Origin: Alphaproteobacteria bacterium
GTDB taxonomy: Bacteria; Pseudomonadota; Alphaproteobacteria; UBA6615
NCBI GenBank assembly: GCA_027297685.1
Contig: JAPUHN010000318.1
Location: forward strand, 1-50,944
Direction of reading: 5' to 3'
DNA length: 50,944 nucleotides
Below, one piece after another: positions 19,193-27,673 of the stretch. Position 1 is the stretch's first letter. Each line of letters begins with the position of its first letter. Made by a program: the position numbers and the translations under genes. The notes beneath the pieces were generated by a model that saw nothing but the letters and a program-made list of their open reading frames with translations, had not been told where the DNA came from and made no database searches.

Positions 19193-20352
19193 TAATCGGA
19201 ATCTCCGCTCCGGTAGATGCGGCGGTGGCGTTGGCCCAGCCGCGTCAGTACTTCGTACCCGATTGTTCCCGCCACGTCAGCCAGATCATCGGCGCTAAAA
19301 TGGTCGCCGATAAGCTCTACGAACGCCCCCGGTTGTGCCGCAGCCGCCGGTACGCCGCTGACATCGACGGTTAATAAATCCATTGAGACGCGGCCGACAA
19401 CCGGTGCGGCTGCATCATCGATAAAGGTGGTGGCGAGCGGGCGCGTGTCGTGGTCGGTCAGCCGTCCGGCGGCGCGTAAATATCCATCCGCATAGCCGGT
19501 TGCCAGGGTCGCGATTCGACTTGGCCGGGCGATCCGGTGAGTCGCGCCATAGCCAACGGTCGCTGGTTTGTCGACTTCGCGAACTTGTAGAATTTTTGCA
19601 TATAAATGAATAACTTGACGCATTAAACTTAGTTTTTGGTTGAGAACATTAAGGCCATAAATCGATGCCCCGGCACGCACGATATCCAAGTGAAAATCGG
19701 GTCCCAGAAACACCCCGGCGGAATTTGCCAGGCTGGTTCGCGTGGGCCCGGTGAGCGCCGAAAGGTTCGCCGCCGCGGCCAGCAGTCGTTCGCGCTGCCG
19801 AGCGTTCATCGGCGAGCTTGGGTCGTCGGCGCAGGCGAGGTGGCTCATGACGACCGAGACATCGATACCATCCAGCCGCGCGGTATCGGTACAAAGTAGC
19901 GACACTTCGGCTTCGCCGAGGCCGAGCCGAGACATACCGGTGTCGACGTGCAAATAGACGGCATTGGTTTGTGGCTTTCCGGCCGCCGCGGTTCGCCACA
20001 TATCGAGTTGGGCCAAACTGTTTATGACGGGCGTCAAACGGTGTTCGATAATCAACGGCGTGCTGACGGCGTCGGGACCGTTGAGAATAACGATCTCAGT
20101 GTCGGGAATGGCGGGACGTAGCGCGGCGCCTTCAGCCGCGGTGGCGGCAAAAAAGGTCTGGCAGCCGATGGCCGCCAGCGCCGGCGCGATAGTCGCCGCA
20201 CCCAGGCCATAGGCGTCGGCCTTGATCGAAACCCCAACCTCGGCCGTCGGGGCCAGAGATTGAATGTGGCGAAAGTTGTGGGCAATCGCGTCCAGGTCTA
20301 CGACGAGGACCGAACCGACACCGGGCGGAATTTTAGTGTCGGGCAAACGCAC
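19192..20352 (-). CDS. alr: Alanine racemase
   Basis: PLP-lysine motif context VSIKADAYGLG, and a C-terminal domain with ATVGYG and VSMD. Confidence 0.88.
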   Translation of the reverse strand: MRLPDTKIPPGVGSVLVVDLDAIAHNFRHIQSLAPTAEVGVSIKADAYGLGAATIAPALAAIGCQTFFAATAAEGAALRPAIPDTEIVILNGPDAVSTPLIIEHRLTPVINSLAQLDMWRTAAAGKPQTNAVYLHVDTGMSRLGLGEAEVSLLCTDTARLDGIDVSVVMSHLACADDPSSPMNARQRERLLAAAANLSALTGPTRTSLANSAGVFLGPDFHLDIVRAGASIYGLNVLNQKLSLMRQVIHLYAKILQVREVDKPATVGYGATHRIARPSRIATLATGYADGYLRAAGRLTDHDTRPLATTFIDDAAAPVVGRVSMDLLTVDVSGVPAAAAQPGAFVELIGDHFSADDLADVAGTIGYEVLTRLGQRHRRIYRSGDSD

Positions 20353-20355
20353 GCG

Positions 20356-21894
20356 TCAGGACCGATTCTCGGCCATTCGCTCATGCAAGGCGAGGTCGGA
20401 GAACTGTGTGAAATCGCCGTTAAAGTGCAAGTGTGCGGTTCCAATCGGGCCGTGGCGCTGTTTGCTGACAATGACTTCGGCCTTATTGCGCGACCGCTCC
20501 AGACGTTCCAATCGGCGCGCAAACTTATCTTCCGTCTCGTGTTCGCGCTGCTCGCGCGATTCACGGTCGAGATAATATTCCTCGCGATACAAGAACATGA
20601 CCACGTCGGCATCTTGCTCGATCGATCCCGATTCGCGCAGGTCCGATAATTGTGGACGCTTTTCTTCGCGTTGTTCGACCGCGCGTGATAACTGGCTGAG
20701 CGCGATTACCGGCACGTTAAGCTCTTTGGCCAGCGCCTTCAGGGCCCGGGTTATGACCGACACCTCTTGAACGCGATTTTCGTTGCGCATGCTGGCCGGT
20801 GGATTAACCAGTTGCAGGTAGTCGATAATGACCATACTCAATCCATGCTGGCGCTTGAGCCGACGGGCCCGCGTGCGGATTTGCGCAACGGTTAGCGCCG
20901 GCGTGTCATCGATGAATAATTTCAAAGAGTGCAGAGCCTGCGAGACGGCAAATACACGGTTATATTCTTCTTCGCTGACATCTCCGCGGCGGATGGCGTC
21001 CGAGCGCACATGGGCCTGTTCCGAGATGATGCGGGTCGCCAATTGTTCCGCCGACATTTCCAGCGAGAAAAACGCGACGATTTCGCGCTCTTCGATATCG
21101 TTGCCGGCGTCATCGGTCGATCGCGTGACCGACGATGCGGCATTGTAAGCCATATTGGTGGCGATTGCGGTTTTGCCCATCGATGGCCGGCCGGCGATGA
21201 TCACCAGGTCCGACTTGTGCAGTCCGCCCAATAATTGATCGAGGTCGCGAAACCCGGTCGGCACACCGACCAGTTCGGTTTCGCGCTTATAGGCAGCAGC
21301 GGCTAGCTCGATCGCCGACGTGAGCGCGGTCCGGAATTCCTGGAAGCCGCCCTCTGCCGCGCCCTGTTCGGCAAGCTGGAACAACTGTGATTCTGCGGCT
21401 TCGATCTGCTGGGTCGCCGGGTTGTCGATATCGTGGTCGTAGGCGTTGTTGGCGACGACCTCGCCGATTTCGATCAACTCGCGCCGCAGAAAGCAGTCGT
21501 GGATCTCGCGGCCCAAGTCCTGGGCGTTTTGGATCGTTATGACGGCATTTGCCAACTCGGCGAGGTAGGCTGAGCCGCCAATCTCGTTCAACGCTTCGTC
21601 ATTGTTGAAATAGTTCTTCAACGTCACCGGATCGACAATCTGGCCGCGGTCGATCAAACGGGCGCAGGCTTCAAAGACCCGGGCATGGGCCGGATCGGCA
21701 AAGTGCCCGGGCAGCAAGAACTCCTGCACCCGCTCATACGCGCGGTTGTTGGCGAGAATGGCGCCGATCAGCGCCATTTCGGCCTCGTAATTATGCGGCA
21801 TCACACGATAGCCAACGTCGCTGTTGGCCTCGTGCAAGGACATCACATTATCGGGGGCGACAGCTTCGTTGTCGCCTGTATCAATCGTCGTCAT
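20356..21894 (-). CDS. dnaB: Replicative DNA helicase DnaB
   Basis: PHNYEAEMALIGAIL, Walker A GRPSMGKTAIATNMA, and SQLSRAVEQR. ATG at 21894 (MTTIDTG); the track start at 21912 is a TTG. Confidence 0.92.
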   Translation of the reverse strand: MTTIDTGDNEAVAPDNVMSLHEANSDVGYRVMPHNYEAEMALIGAILANNRAYERVQEFLLPGHFADPAHARVFEACARLIDRGQIVDPVTLKNYFNNDEALNEIGGSAYLAELANAVITIQNAQDLGREIHDCFLRRELIEIGEVVANNAYDHDIDNPATQQIEAAESQLFQLAEQGAAEGGFQEFRTALTSAIELAAAAYKRETELVGVPTGFRDLDQLLGGLHKSDLVIIAGRPSMGKTAIATNMAYNAASSVTRSTDDAGNDIEEREIVAFFSLEMSAEQLATRIISEQAHVRSDAIRRGDVSEEEYNRVFAVSQALHSLKLFIDDTPALTVAQIRTRARRLKRQHGLSMVIIDYLQLVNPPASMRNENRVQEVSVITRALKALAKELNVPVIALSQLSRAVEQREEKRPQLSDLRESGSIEQDADVVMFLYREEYYLDRESREQREHETEDKFARRLERLERSRNKAEVIVSKQRHGPIGTAHLHFNGDFTQFSDLALHERMAENRS

Positions 21895-22115
21895 GGCCGC
21901 GCAGCCTACCAATAGTGCGCAACGAAAGGTTCGATAGCTTTACGTGAGTTGGTTGAAACCCGAGGATAAGGTTGCGCATTTGCTACTTGCTATTTTGCCT
22001 AACTTGTTCGAGTCCCCCAAAATCCGGGATTTCCCCCCTGGACTGGGGATAGTTTCGACCTAACACAAAAAAACCGCAACGTGGCGGGAAGCTGCAAAAG
22101 AAGGGGATTTGAGAC

Positions 22116-22211
22116 ATGGGCGCCGGCGCCACATTTCCACTTGAAGATATTGCCAGCGCCCACGAAGCCGCGGAGAGCGGCTCTGTGATGGGCGGCGTTG
22201 TCCTTGAGATC
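22116..22211 (+). pseudogene. Possible relic of the C-terminus of a zinc-type/quinone oxidoreductase (MDR family)
   Basis: The translation ..TFPLEDIASAHEAAESGSVMGGVVLEI resembles MDR/Qor C-termini (fpLe.aaeAh...es....GkvvL). An in-frame TGA lies 2 codons upstream and there is no N-terminal part. The frame then runs on antisense to cfa. Confidence 0.3.
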
Positions 22212-22235
22212 GACGGCGGCAAAGCGCGCGGTGCT

Positions 22236-23471
22236 TTATTCGGCCGCCTGGCTCGCCTCGGCGACCACGCCGCGTTCCCATTCGCCGATGTAATCGCGGG
22301 TCACCGGCACCGCATCATGCCGCTTGGCGAGCTGGAGTTGGAAGACCATCTGCCCGCGTTTTCGAAACCCAATTTCGCTGCCGACCAAATACATCTCCCA
22401 CATGCGGCAAAATTTCTCGTCGTAGAGGTCCTTGGCTTTATCCCGCTGTGCCTGGAATCGCTCGTGCCAGTGGCGCAGGGTTTCGGCGTAGTGCAGCCGT
22501 AGGATTTCGATGTCGGTGACCCATAGACCGGATTTTTCGACGGCGATCAGTACTTCCGACAGCGATGGCGAATAGCCGCCAGGAAAAATGTACTTTCGAA
22601 GCCAGGAGTTGGTCGTGCCCGGTGGTTCCATGCGGCCGATGGAATGGAGTAAGCAAACGCCATCATCGGCGAGCAAGTCATTCACCTTACTGAAGAATTC
22701 GGCGTAGTGGCCGGCGCCGACATGTTCGAACATGCCAACCGAAACGATGCGGTCGAAGGTTCCGGTTTGCTCGCGATAATCACGCAGCTCAAATGCCGCC
22801 TGCTCCGTCAGGCCGGCGTCGGCCGCGCGTTGCTGGCTGACTTTGTGTTGCTCAGTCGAGAGTGTAACGCCGGTAACTTGTGCACCGGTCTGCTGGGCCA
22901 GGTACAGGCCGAGGCCGCCCCAACCGGAGCCGATGTCGAGAATTCTCAGGCCTCGCCGGTGCAACAGCAGCTTCGCCGCAAGATGGCGCTTTTTGTTGAG
23001 CTGTGCTTGTTCCAAATCGGTCGATTCTGAATCGAAGTAAGCGCAAGAATATTGCCGGTCCTCGTCGAGGAAGAGGTCGTAAAAGTCGCCCGACAGATCG
23101 TAGTGATGGGCGACGTTGCGTTGCGCCTTGCCGATCGGGTTGTGTTGCTGGAGGCGGCGGAACAAACGGTTCACGTGGCTAAAGAAGGCGTGAAAGGGAT
23201 GGTGATCGACATGTTCGAGGTTTCCAGTCAACAGATCGATGAAATCGTACAGCGTGCCGCGTTCGATTGTCAGCGAACCGCTCATATAGGCTTCGCCAAC
23301 CGCCAATTGCGGGTTTAGCAGCAAACGCCACAGAGTGGCTCTGTCGTGGATCTGGATGGTGACGTGGGGCGCAGTGCCGTTGCCGAAGCGCCAGTCGCGT
23401 CCTCGTGCATCTATCAGACAAAGATCGCCGCTCTTGATAACGGCCTTTAGAAAACGCGACAGCATTATCAT
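22236..23471 (-). CDS. cfa: Cyclopropane-fatty-acyl-phospholipid synthase family SAM-dependent methyltransferase
   Basis: HYDLSGDFYDLFLDEDRQYSCAYF, SAM motif ILDIGSGWGGL, VSVGMFEHVG, and FRRMWEMYL-like CRMWEMYL. Confidence 0.85.
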   Translation of the reverse strand: MIMLSRFLKAVIKSGDLCLIDARGRDWRFGNGTAPHVTIQIHDRATLWRLLLNPQLAVGEAYMSGSLTIERGTLYDFIDLLTGNLEHVDHHPFHAFFSHVNRLFRRLQQHNPIGKAQRNVAHHYDLSGDFYDLFLDEDRQYSCAYFDSESTDLEQAQLNKKRHLAAKLLLHRRGLRILDIGSGWGGLGLYLAQQTGAQVTGVTLSTEQHKVSQQRAADAGLTEQAAFELRDYREQTGTFDRIVSVGMFEHVGAGHYAEFFSKVNDLLADDGVCLLHSIGRMEPPGTTNSWLRKYIFPGGYSPSLSEVLIAVEKSGLWVTDIEILRLHYAETLRHWHERFQAQRDKAKDLYDEKFCRMWEMYLVGSEIGFRKRGQMVFQLQLAKRHDAVPVTRDYIGEWERGVVAEASQAAE

Positions 23472-23647
23472 TTAAGCCCACCCCCAAAACAAAGCCAATC
23501 ATTCAATGTTGGCCTATTGGCAGTGAATCTAGCAGAAAATGGCTATGGACTGCAAAGAGGGTGCTCTTCAGAATATCGTGTAGCGCGCTTTACTCAGGTT
23601 TTGCCGCCGGTCGGCACAGCGGGCTCTGAATTTGCCGATTCCAGTGT

Positions 23648-24343
23648 TTATGGGGTCGAATCGTCCCCGTTTGAACCAGATTCGGACGGTTTGGCCTCTG
23701 ATTCCGCTGCAGAATCCTCTTCGACGGCATCGCTCGCCAGGCGCTCGGCAACTTCCTCCTCGACCAGACCTTCCGCGGCAGCCGCTTCGGCTTCAGCGTC
23801 ATCAGCGATCGTCAAAGCCGTCTCTGCCGCCTCGGCGGCTTCCATCTCGTCGGCGCTTGTGAACGCTCCGCCTCTTTCGAGCTGCAGTTTCGCCTCTTCG
23901 TCGGTCCGCGCAACATTTACCGTTACATTGACCGATACCTCGGGATGCAACGCAACGCGGGTCTGGTAGATTCCCAATGCCTTGATCGGCCGGTTGAGCA
24001 CAATCTGGCCGCGGCTCACCGTAACGCCGGCCTCGGTCACCGAACTGGCGATATCGCGCGCCGACACTGAGCCATAGAGTTGGCCGCTGTCGCCGGCTTG
24101 GCGAATGATGGTCACGTCGATGCCGTCGATCTTTCCGGCAACCGATTCGGCTTCCTGACGGCGCTCCAAATTGTCGGCCTCGAGCTGCGTCCGCTGCTGT
24201 TCGAAGACCGCCTGATTGCTGCTTGTCGCCCGCATCGCCTTCTTTTGAGGCAGCAAAAAATTACGCGCGTATCCCGCTTTCACAGTGACGACATCGCCCA
24301 TTTGGCCGAGCTTTTCGATGCGCTCGAGCAGAATGACTTCCAT
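23648..24343 (-). CDS. rplI: 50S ribosomal protein L9 with a long acidic C-terminal extension
   Basis: [36 protein letters not shown]. At 231 aa, the last ~80 are a low-complexity tail rich in Ala, Glu and Asp. Confidence 0.92.
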   Translation of the reverse strand: MEVILLERIEKLGQMGDVVTVKAGYARNFLLPQKKAMRATSSNQAVFEQQRTQLEADNLERRQEAESVAGKIDGIDVTIIRQAGDSGQLYGSVSARDIASSVTEAGVTVSRGQIVLNRPIKALGIYQTRVALHPEVSVNVTVNVARTDEEAKLQLERGGAFTSADEMEAAEAAETALTIADDAEAEAAAAEGLVEEEVAERLASDAVEEDSAAESEAKPSESGSNGDDSTP

Positions 24344-24367
24344 GGCTTATTCTCCTGAACGCGCCGG

Positions 24368-24625
24368 TTATTCGACGACGTAGGGCAGCAGCGCGAGGAA
24401 ACGCGCGCGTTTGATCGCCCGTGCCAGTTCACGCTGCTTTTTCAACGATACCGCGGTAATTCGGCTGGGGACGATTTTCCCGCGCTCGGAAATGTAGCGC
24501 TGCAGAAGCTTGACATCCTTGTAGTCGATCTTCGGCGCGTTGCGTCCGGTAAAGGGACAAGTTTTCCGGCGCCGGAAAAAGGGACGCCGCCCGCCACCAC
24601 CGCCACTCGGTCGATCCATGCTCAT
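24368..24625 (-). CDS. rpsR: 30S ribosomal protein S18
   Basis: [50 protein letters not shown]. Confidence 0.95.
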   Translation of the reverse strand: MSMDRPSGGGGGRRPFFRRRKTCPFTGRNAPKIDYKDVKLLQRYISERGKIVPSRITAVSLKKQRELARAIKRARFLALLPYVVE

Positions 24626-25104
24626 TTGGCTGACTCCTTGGCATCTTTGCTGTCATTGGCAGCAGGCTTCTCTGTGCTTTCGGTTGGTTTGTCTGCCGGT
24701 TTGTCTGCCGGTTTGTCTGCCGGTTTGTCGCTCTTTGGGGGCGCCCGATAGGAGTCATCTCGGTCGCGACCACTGCGTTCCTTACGGCCACGCGCCATCA
24801 CCGACGGACCTTCCTCCAGTGCATCGACGCGCAGAGTCAAATAACGCAGCACGTCTTCGTGCAAACGTTCGTTGCGCTCAAGCTCGTTGATGGCAGCGGA
24901 GGGAGATTCGATGTTCATCATTACGTAGTGGCCCTTCCGGTTTTTATTGATCCGGTAGGCCAAATTCTTAAGGCCCCAATACTCGGTGTTGACGATTTTG
25001 CCGCCGTCGTTTTCGATCAAACCGGTAAATGTTTCCACCAAACTGTCGACTTGCGCGCTCGATATATCCTGGCGCGCAATAAAGACGTGCTCGTAAAAAG
25101 CCAT
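24622..25104 (-). CDS. rpsF: 30S ribosomal protein S6 with a repetitive basic/Pro-rich tail
   Basis: [19 protein letters not shown]...HYVMMNIE. The C-terminal tail is [19 protein letters not shown]. Its stop overlaps the rpsR start (ATGA). Confidence 0.93.
   Translation of the reverse strand: MAFYEHVFIARQDISSAQVDSLVETFTGLIENDGGKIVNTEYWGLKNLAYRINKNRKGHYVMMNIESPSAAINELERNERLHEDVLRYLTLRVDALEEGPSVMARGRKERSGRDRDDSYRAPPKSDKPADKPADKPADKPTESTEKPAANDSKDAKESAK
24686..24729. repeat. 12-bp tandem repeat GGTTTGTCTGCC, about 3.7 copies, inside rpsF
   Basis: Units at 24686-24697, 24698-24709 and 24710-24721, plus a partial unit at 24722-24729. It encodes (KPAD)n on the minus strand. Confidence 0.95.
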
Positions 25105-25311
25105 TCCTGTTGCTCCTCGTGGCTGTTAGCTGGTCACCGCCGATCGCCCCGATATCGGGCCGCGGCCGCATGGCCATAGCTGGCATTTCACGATGGAAAT
25201 TGTCAGCAAGGAGTCTGCCCGGCCGATAGTGCATCGGGCCGCGCATTCAAGGCGCGTATAGACCACAACCCAAACCGCTGCGCAAGGCGTTTCGGCGGCA
25301 ATTTTGCGCCC

Positions 25312-25340
25312 CCCAAACTGATCGTCTCGATCGGTTTGGG
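25312..25340 (+). other. Strong hairpin in the rpsF/fabD divergent intergenic region
   Basis: CCCAAACTGATCG-(TCT)-CGATCGGTTTGGG gives 12-13 bp, including one T:G that is a wobble pair only in plus-strand RNA. An upstream copy, CCCAAACCG (25269-25277), is also perfectly complementary to 25332-25340. Confidence 0.45.
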
Positions 25341-25445
25341 AGGTCACTTGCGAGCGTGCTGTTGGCGCTATATGACTGACCCACGATCGATTGTCCGCTC
25401 GGCGGGACACGTGTACTCGCGGGCGCGGCTGTAAGGAGTTCTAGC

Positions 25446-26387
25446 ATGTCGCGCGCGTTTGTATTTCCCGGCCAGGGAAGCCAAGAGGTTGGCATGGGCC
25501 GCGAATTGGCCGACGCATTCCCGGCGGCCCGATTGGTATTCGAAGAAGTCGATGACGCGCTCGAGCAGCGGCTGAGCCGGATCATGTTCGACGGACCGGC
25601 AGAGGAGTTAACGCTGACGGAGAATGCGCAGCCGGCGCTGATGGCCGTCTCGATGGCGGTCGTGAAAGTGCTGGAGGATGAGGGCAGCGTAACTGTAACG
25701 GATTCGGCCGCCTATGTAGCTGGCCACAGCCTCGGCGAATATTCCGCTCTGGCCGCAGCCGGCGCGCTCGCACTGGCTGACACGGCGCGGTTGTTGAAGA
25801 CCCGCGGCGAGGCCATGCAGGCGGCTGTGCCGGTCGGCAAAGGCGCGATGGCGGCGATCTTAGGGCTCGACTTGGCCGTTGTCGAAGAAGTTGCGGCCGC
25901 CGCTGCCGAAGACGAAGTCTGCGATGTCGCCAACGACAACTCAGACGGTCAGATTGTTGTCAGCGGCGACACGGCGGCGGTCGAACGCGCGGTTGAAATT
26001 GCCAAGGAAAAGGGTGCACGGCGTGGCATTCTGTTGCCGGTCAGCGCGCCCTTTCATTGCCAGCTGATGGATCCGGCCATCGATATCATGACTTATGCGT
26101 TGGCGGAGGCCGATGTTAAGCCACCGACACCGCCTGTGGTGACCAACGTGACCGCTCAACCGGTCAGCGATCCCGATGAGATACGCAGCCTGTTGATCGA
26201 GCAGATCACCCACCGGGTGCGCTGGCGCGAGTGCGTCTTGACCATGTGCGAACTCGGGGTGGAAGATATTTGCGAGATCGGGGTGGGCAAGGTGTTAAGT
26301 GGATTGGCGCGGCGGATCGATCGCGACCTTGCTGCACAGTCGATCGCTGCGCCGGCAGACGTGGAATCCTTTCTGGCGTCCCTTTGA
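25446..26387 (+). CDS. fabD: Malonyl CoA-ACP transacylase
   Basis: FVFPGQGSQEVGMG and GHSLGEYSAL. AAGGAG lies upstream of the ATG. Confidence 0.93.
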   Translation: MSRAFVFPGQGSQEVGMGRELADAFPAARLVFEEVDDALEQRLSRIMFDGPAEELTLTENAQPALMAVSMAVVKVLEDEGSVTVTDSAAYVAGHSLGEYSALAAAGALALADTARLLKTRGEAMQAAVPVGKGAMAAILGLDLAVVEEVAAAAAEDEVCDVANDNSDGQIVVSGDTAAVERAVEIAKEKGARRGILLPVSAPFHCQLMDPAIDIMTYALAEADVKPPTPPVVTNVTAQPVSDPDEIRSLLIEQITHRVRWRECVLTMCELGVEDICEIGVGKVLSGLARRIDRDLAAQSIAAPADVESFLASL

Positions 26388-26411
26388 GGCGCATCAGCAA
26401 GTGAGGTTATC

Positions 26412-27149
26412 GTGTTCGATCTGAGTGGTAAGGGGGCATTGGTTACCGGTGCGAGCGGTGGTATCGGCGCGGCGATTGCCCGAACCTTGCACGCCCACGG
26501 TGCAATCGTGGCGCTGAGTGGGACCAGGGCTGAGCGCCTCGATGCGCTGGCTGCCGAATTGGGCGAGCGATCCCATGTCGTGCCAGCGGATTTGTCGGAT
26601 CCTGCCGCCGTCGACGCGCTGCCGGCCGCCGCTGACGAAGCCCTCGGCTCGCTCGATATCTTGATAAACAACGCCGGCCTCACCCGCGACAATCTGGCCA
26701 TGCGTATGAAGGATGAAGAGTGGCAGGCGGTACTCGATGTCAACCTCACCGCCGCATTTCGGCTGAGCCGCGCCGTGCTTCGAGGAATGATGAAGAGCCG
26801 ATGGGGGCGCATCATCAGCGTAACCTCGGTAGTCGGGGCAACCGGCAATCCCGGCCAGGTGAACTACGCCGCATCGAAAGCGGGACTGACCGGTATGACC
26901 AAGGCCCTCGCGCAGGAAGTCGCCAGCCGCAATATCACGGTGAATTGCATCGCGCCCGGTTTCATCGAAACGGCAATGACCGACGCGCTGTCGGATGCGC
27001 AGAAAGAGGCGATTATGGCGCGTATACCGACCGGCCGGCTGGGATCCGCCGATGAAGTTGGTGTCTGCGCCCTATTCCTCGCCAGCTGTGAAGCCGGATA
27101 CGTGACCGGTCAGACGATTCACGTCAATGGTGGCATGGCGATGATCTAA
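26412..27149 (+). CDS. fabG: 3-oxoacyl-ACP reductase
   Basis: ALVTGASGGIGAAIA, NNAGLTRD, YAASKAG and VNCIAPGFIET. GTG start. Confidence 0.92.
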   Translation: MFDLSGKGALVTGASGGIGAAIARTLHAHGAIVALSGTRAERLDALAAELGERSHVVPADLSDPAAVDALPAAADEALGSLDILINNAGLTRDNLAMRMKDEEWQAVLDVNLTAAFRLSRAVLRGMMKSRWGRIISVTSVVGATGNPGQVNYAASKAGLTGMTKALAQEVASRNITVNCIAPGFIETAMTDALSDAQKEAIMARIPTGRLGSADEVGVCALFLASCEAGYVTGQTIHVNGGMAMI

Positions 27150-27374
27150 ACCGTCGATTGTCGGCTTGATGCGGCTTGACGGAACATGCGAAGCCAGTTA
27201 AGTCGCGGTTTTGGTAAAATGAGACTGCGGCTTCGGCTTGCAGTTGGTCCGTATGTTAGGGAAGATTAGAGCTTGAACGGGGACAATGTGAACACGGGGA
27301 GGGCAATACCCGTTCTCACCTGCTATCTACGAAGCAAGCTTTGAGATTAATTGGCAACCAAGGGCAAATGAAAC

Positions 27375-27608
27375 ATGAGCGATATCGCCGAGCGTGTGCA
27401 AAAAATCGTCGTTGAACATCTAGGCGTTGACGACGCCAAGGTTATCGAGAACGCAAGCTTCATTGACGATCTTGGGGCCGATAGTCTGGATACGGTAGAG
27501 TTGGTCATGGCTTTCGAGGAAGAATTTGGCTGTGAAATTCCCGACGATGCGGCGGAAAAAATCCTCACTGTCGGCGACGCGGTCAAGTTCCTGGAAGCAG
27601 CAAGTTGA
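27375..27608 (+). CDS. acpP: Acyl carrier protein
   Basis: 77 aa with [21 protein letters not shown], the phosphopantetheine Ser motif. Confidence 0.96.
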   Translation: MSDIAERVQKIVVEHLGVDDAKVIENASFIDDLGADSLDTVELVMAFEEEFGCEIPDDAAEKILTVGDAVKFLEAAS

Positions 27609-27673
27609 CCAGCGCCACAGTTTAACGCGGCCAAGCTTATTCAACATTCGATCATGAGCACGGTAGCTCCCCG

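Noticed and set aside
22006-22018. GTTCGAGTCCCCC, resembling a tRNA T-loop plus the 3' T-stem; a possible tRNA or att-site remnant.
   Set aside because: The 5' T-stem partner is absent (ACTTG instead of GGGGG). No acceptor, anticodon or D arm can be drawn and there is no CCA, so it is at most a fragment and may be a coincidence.
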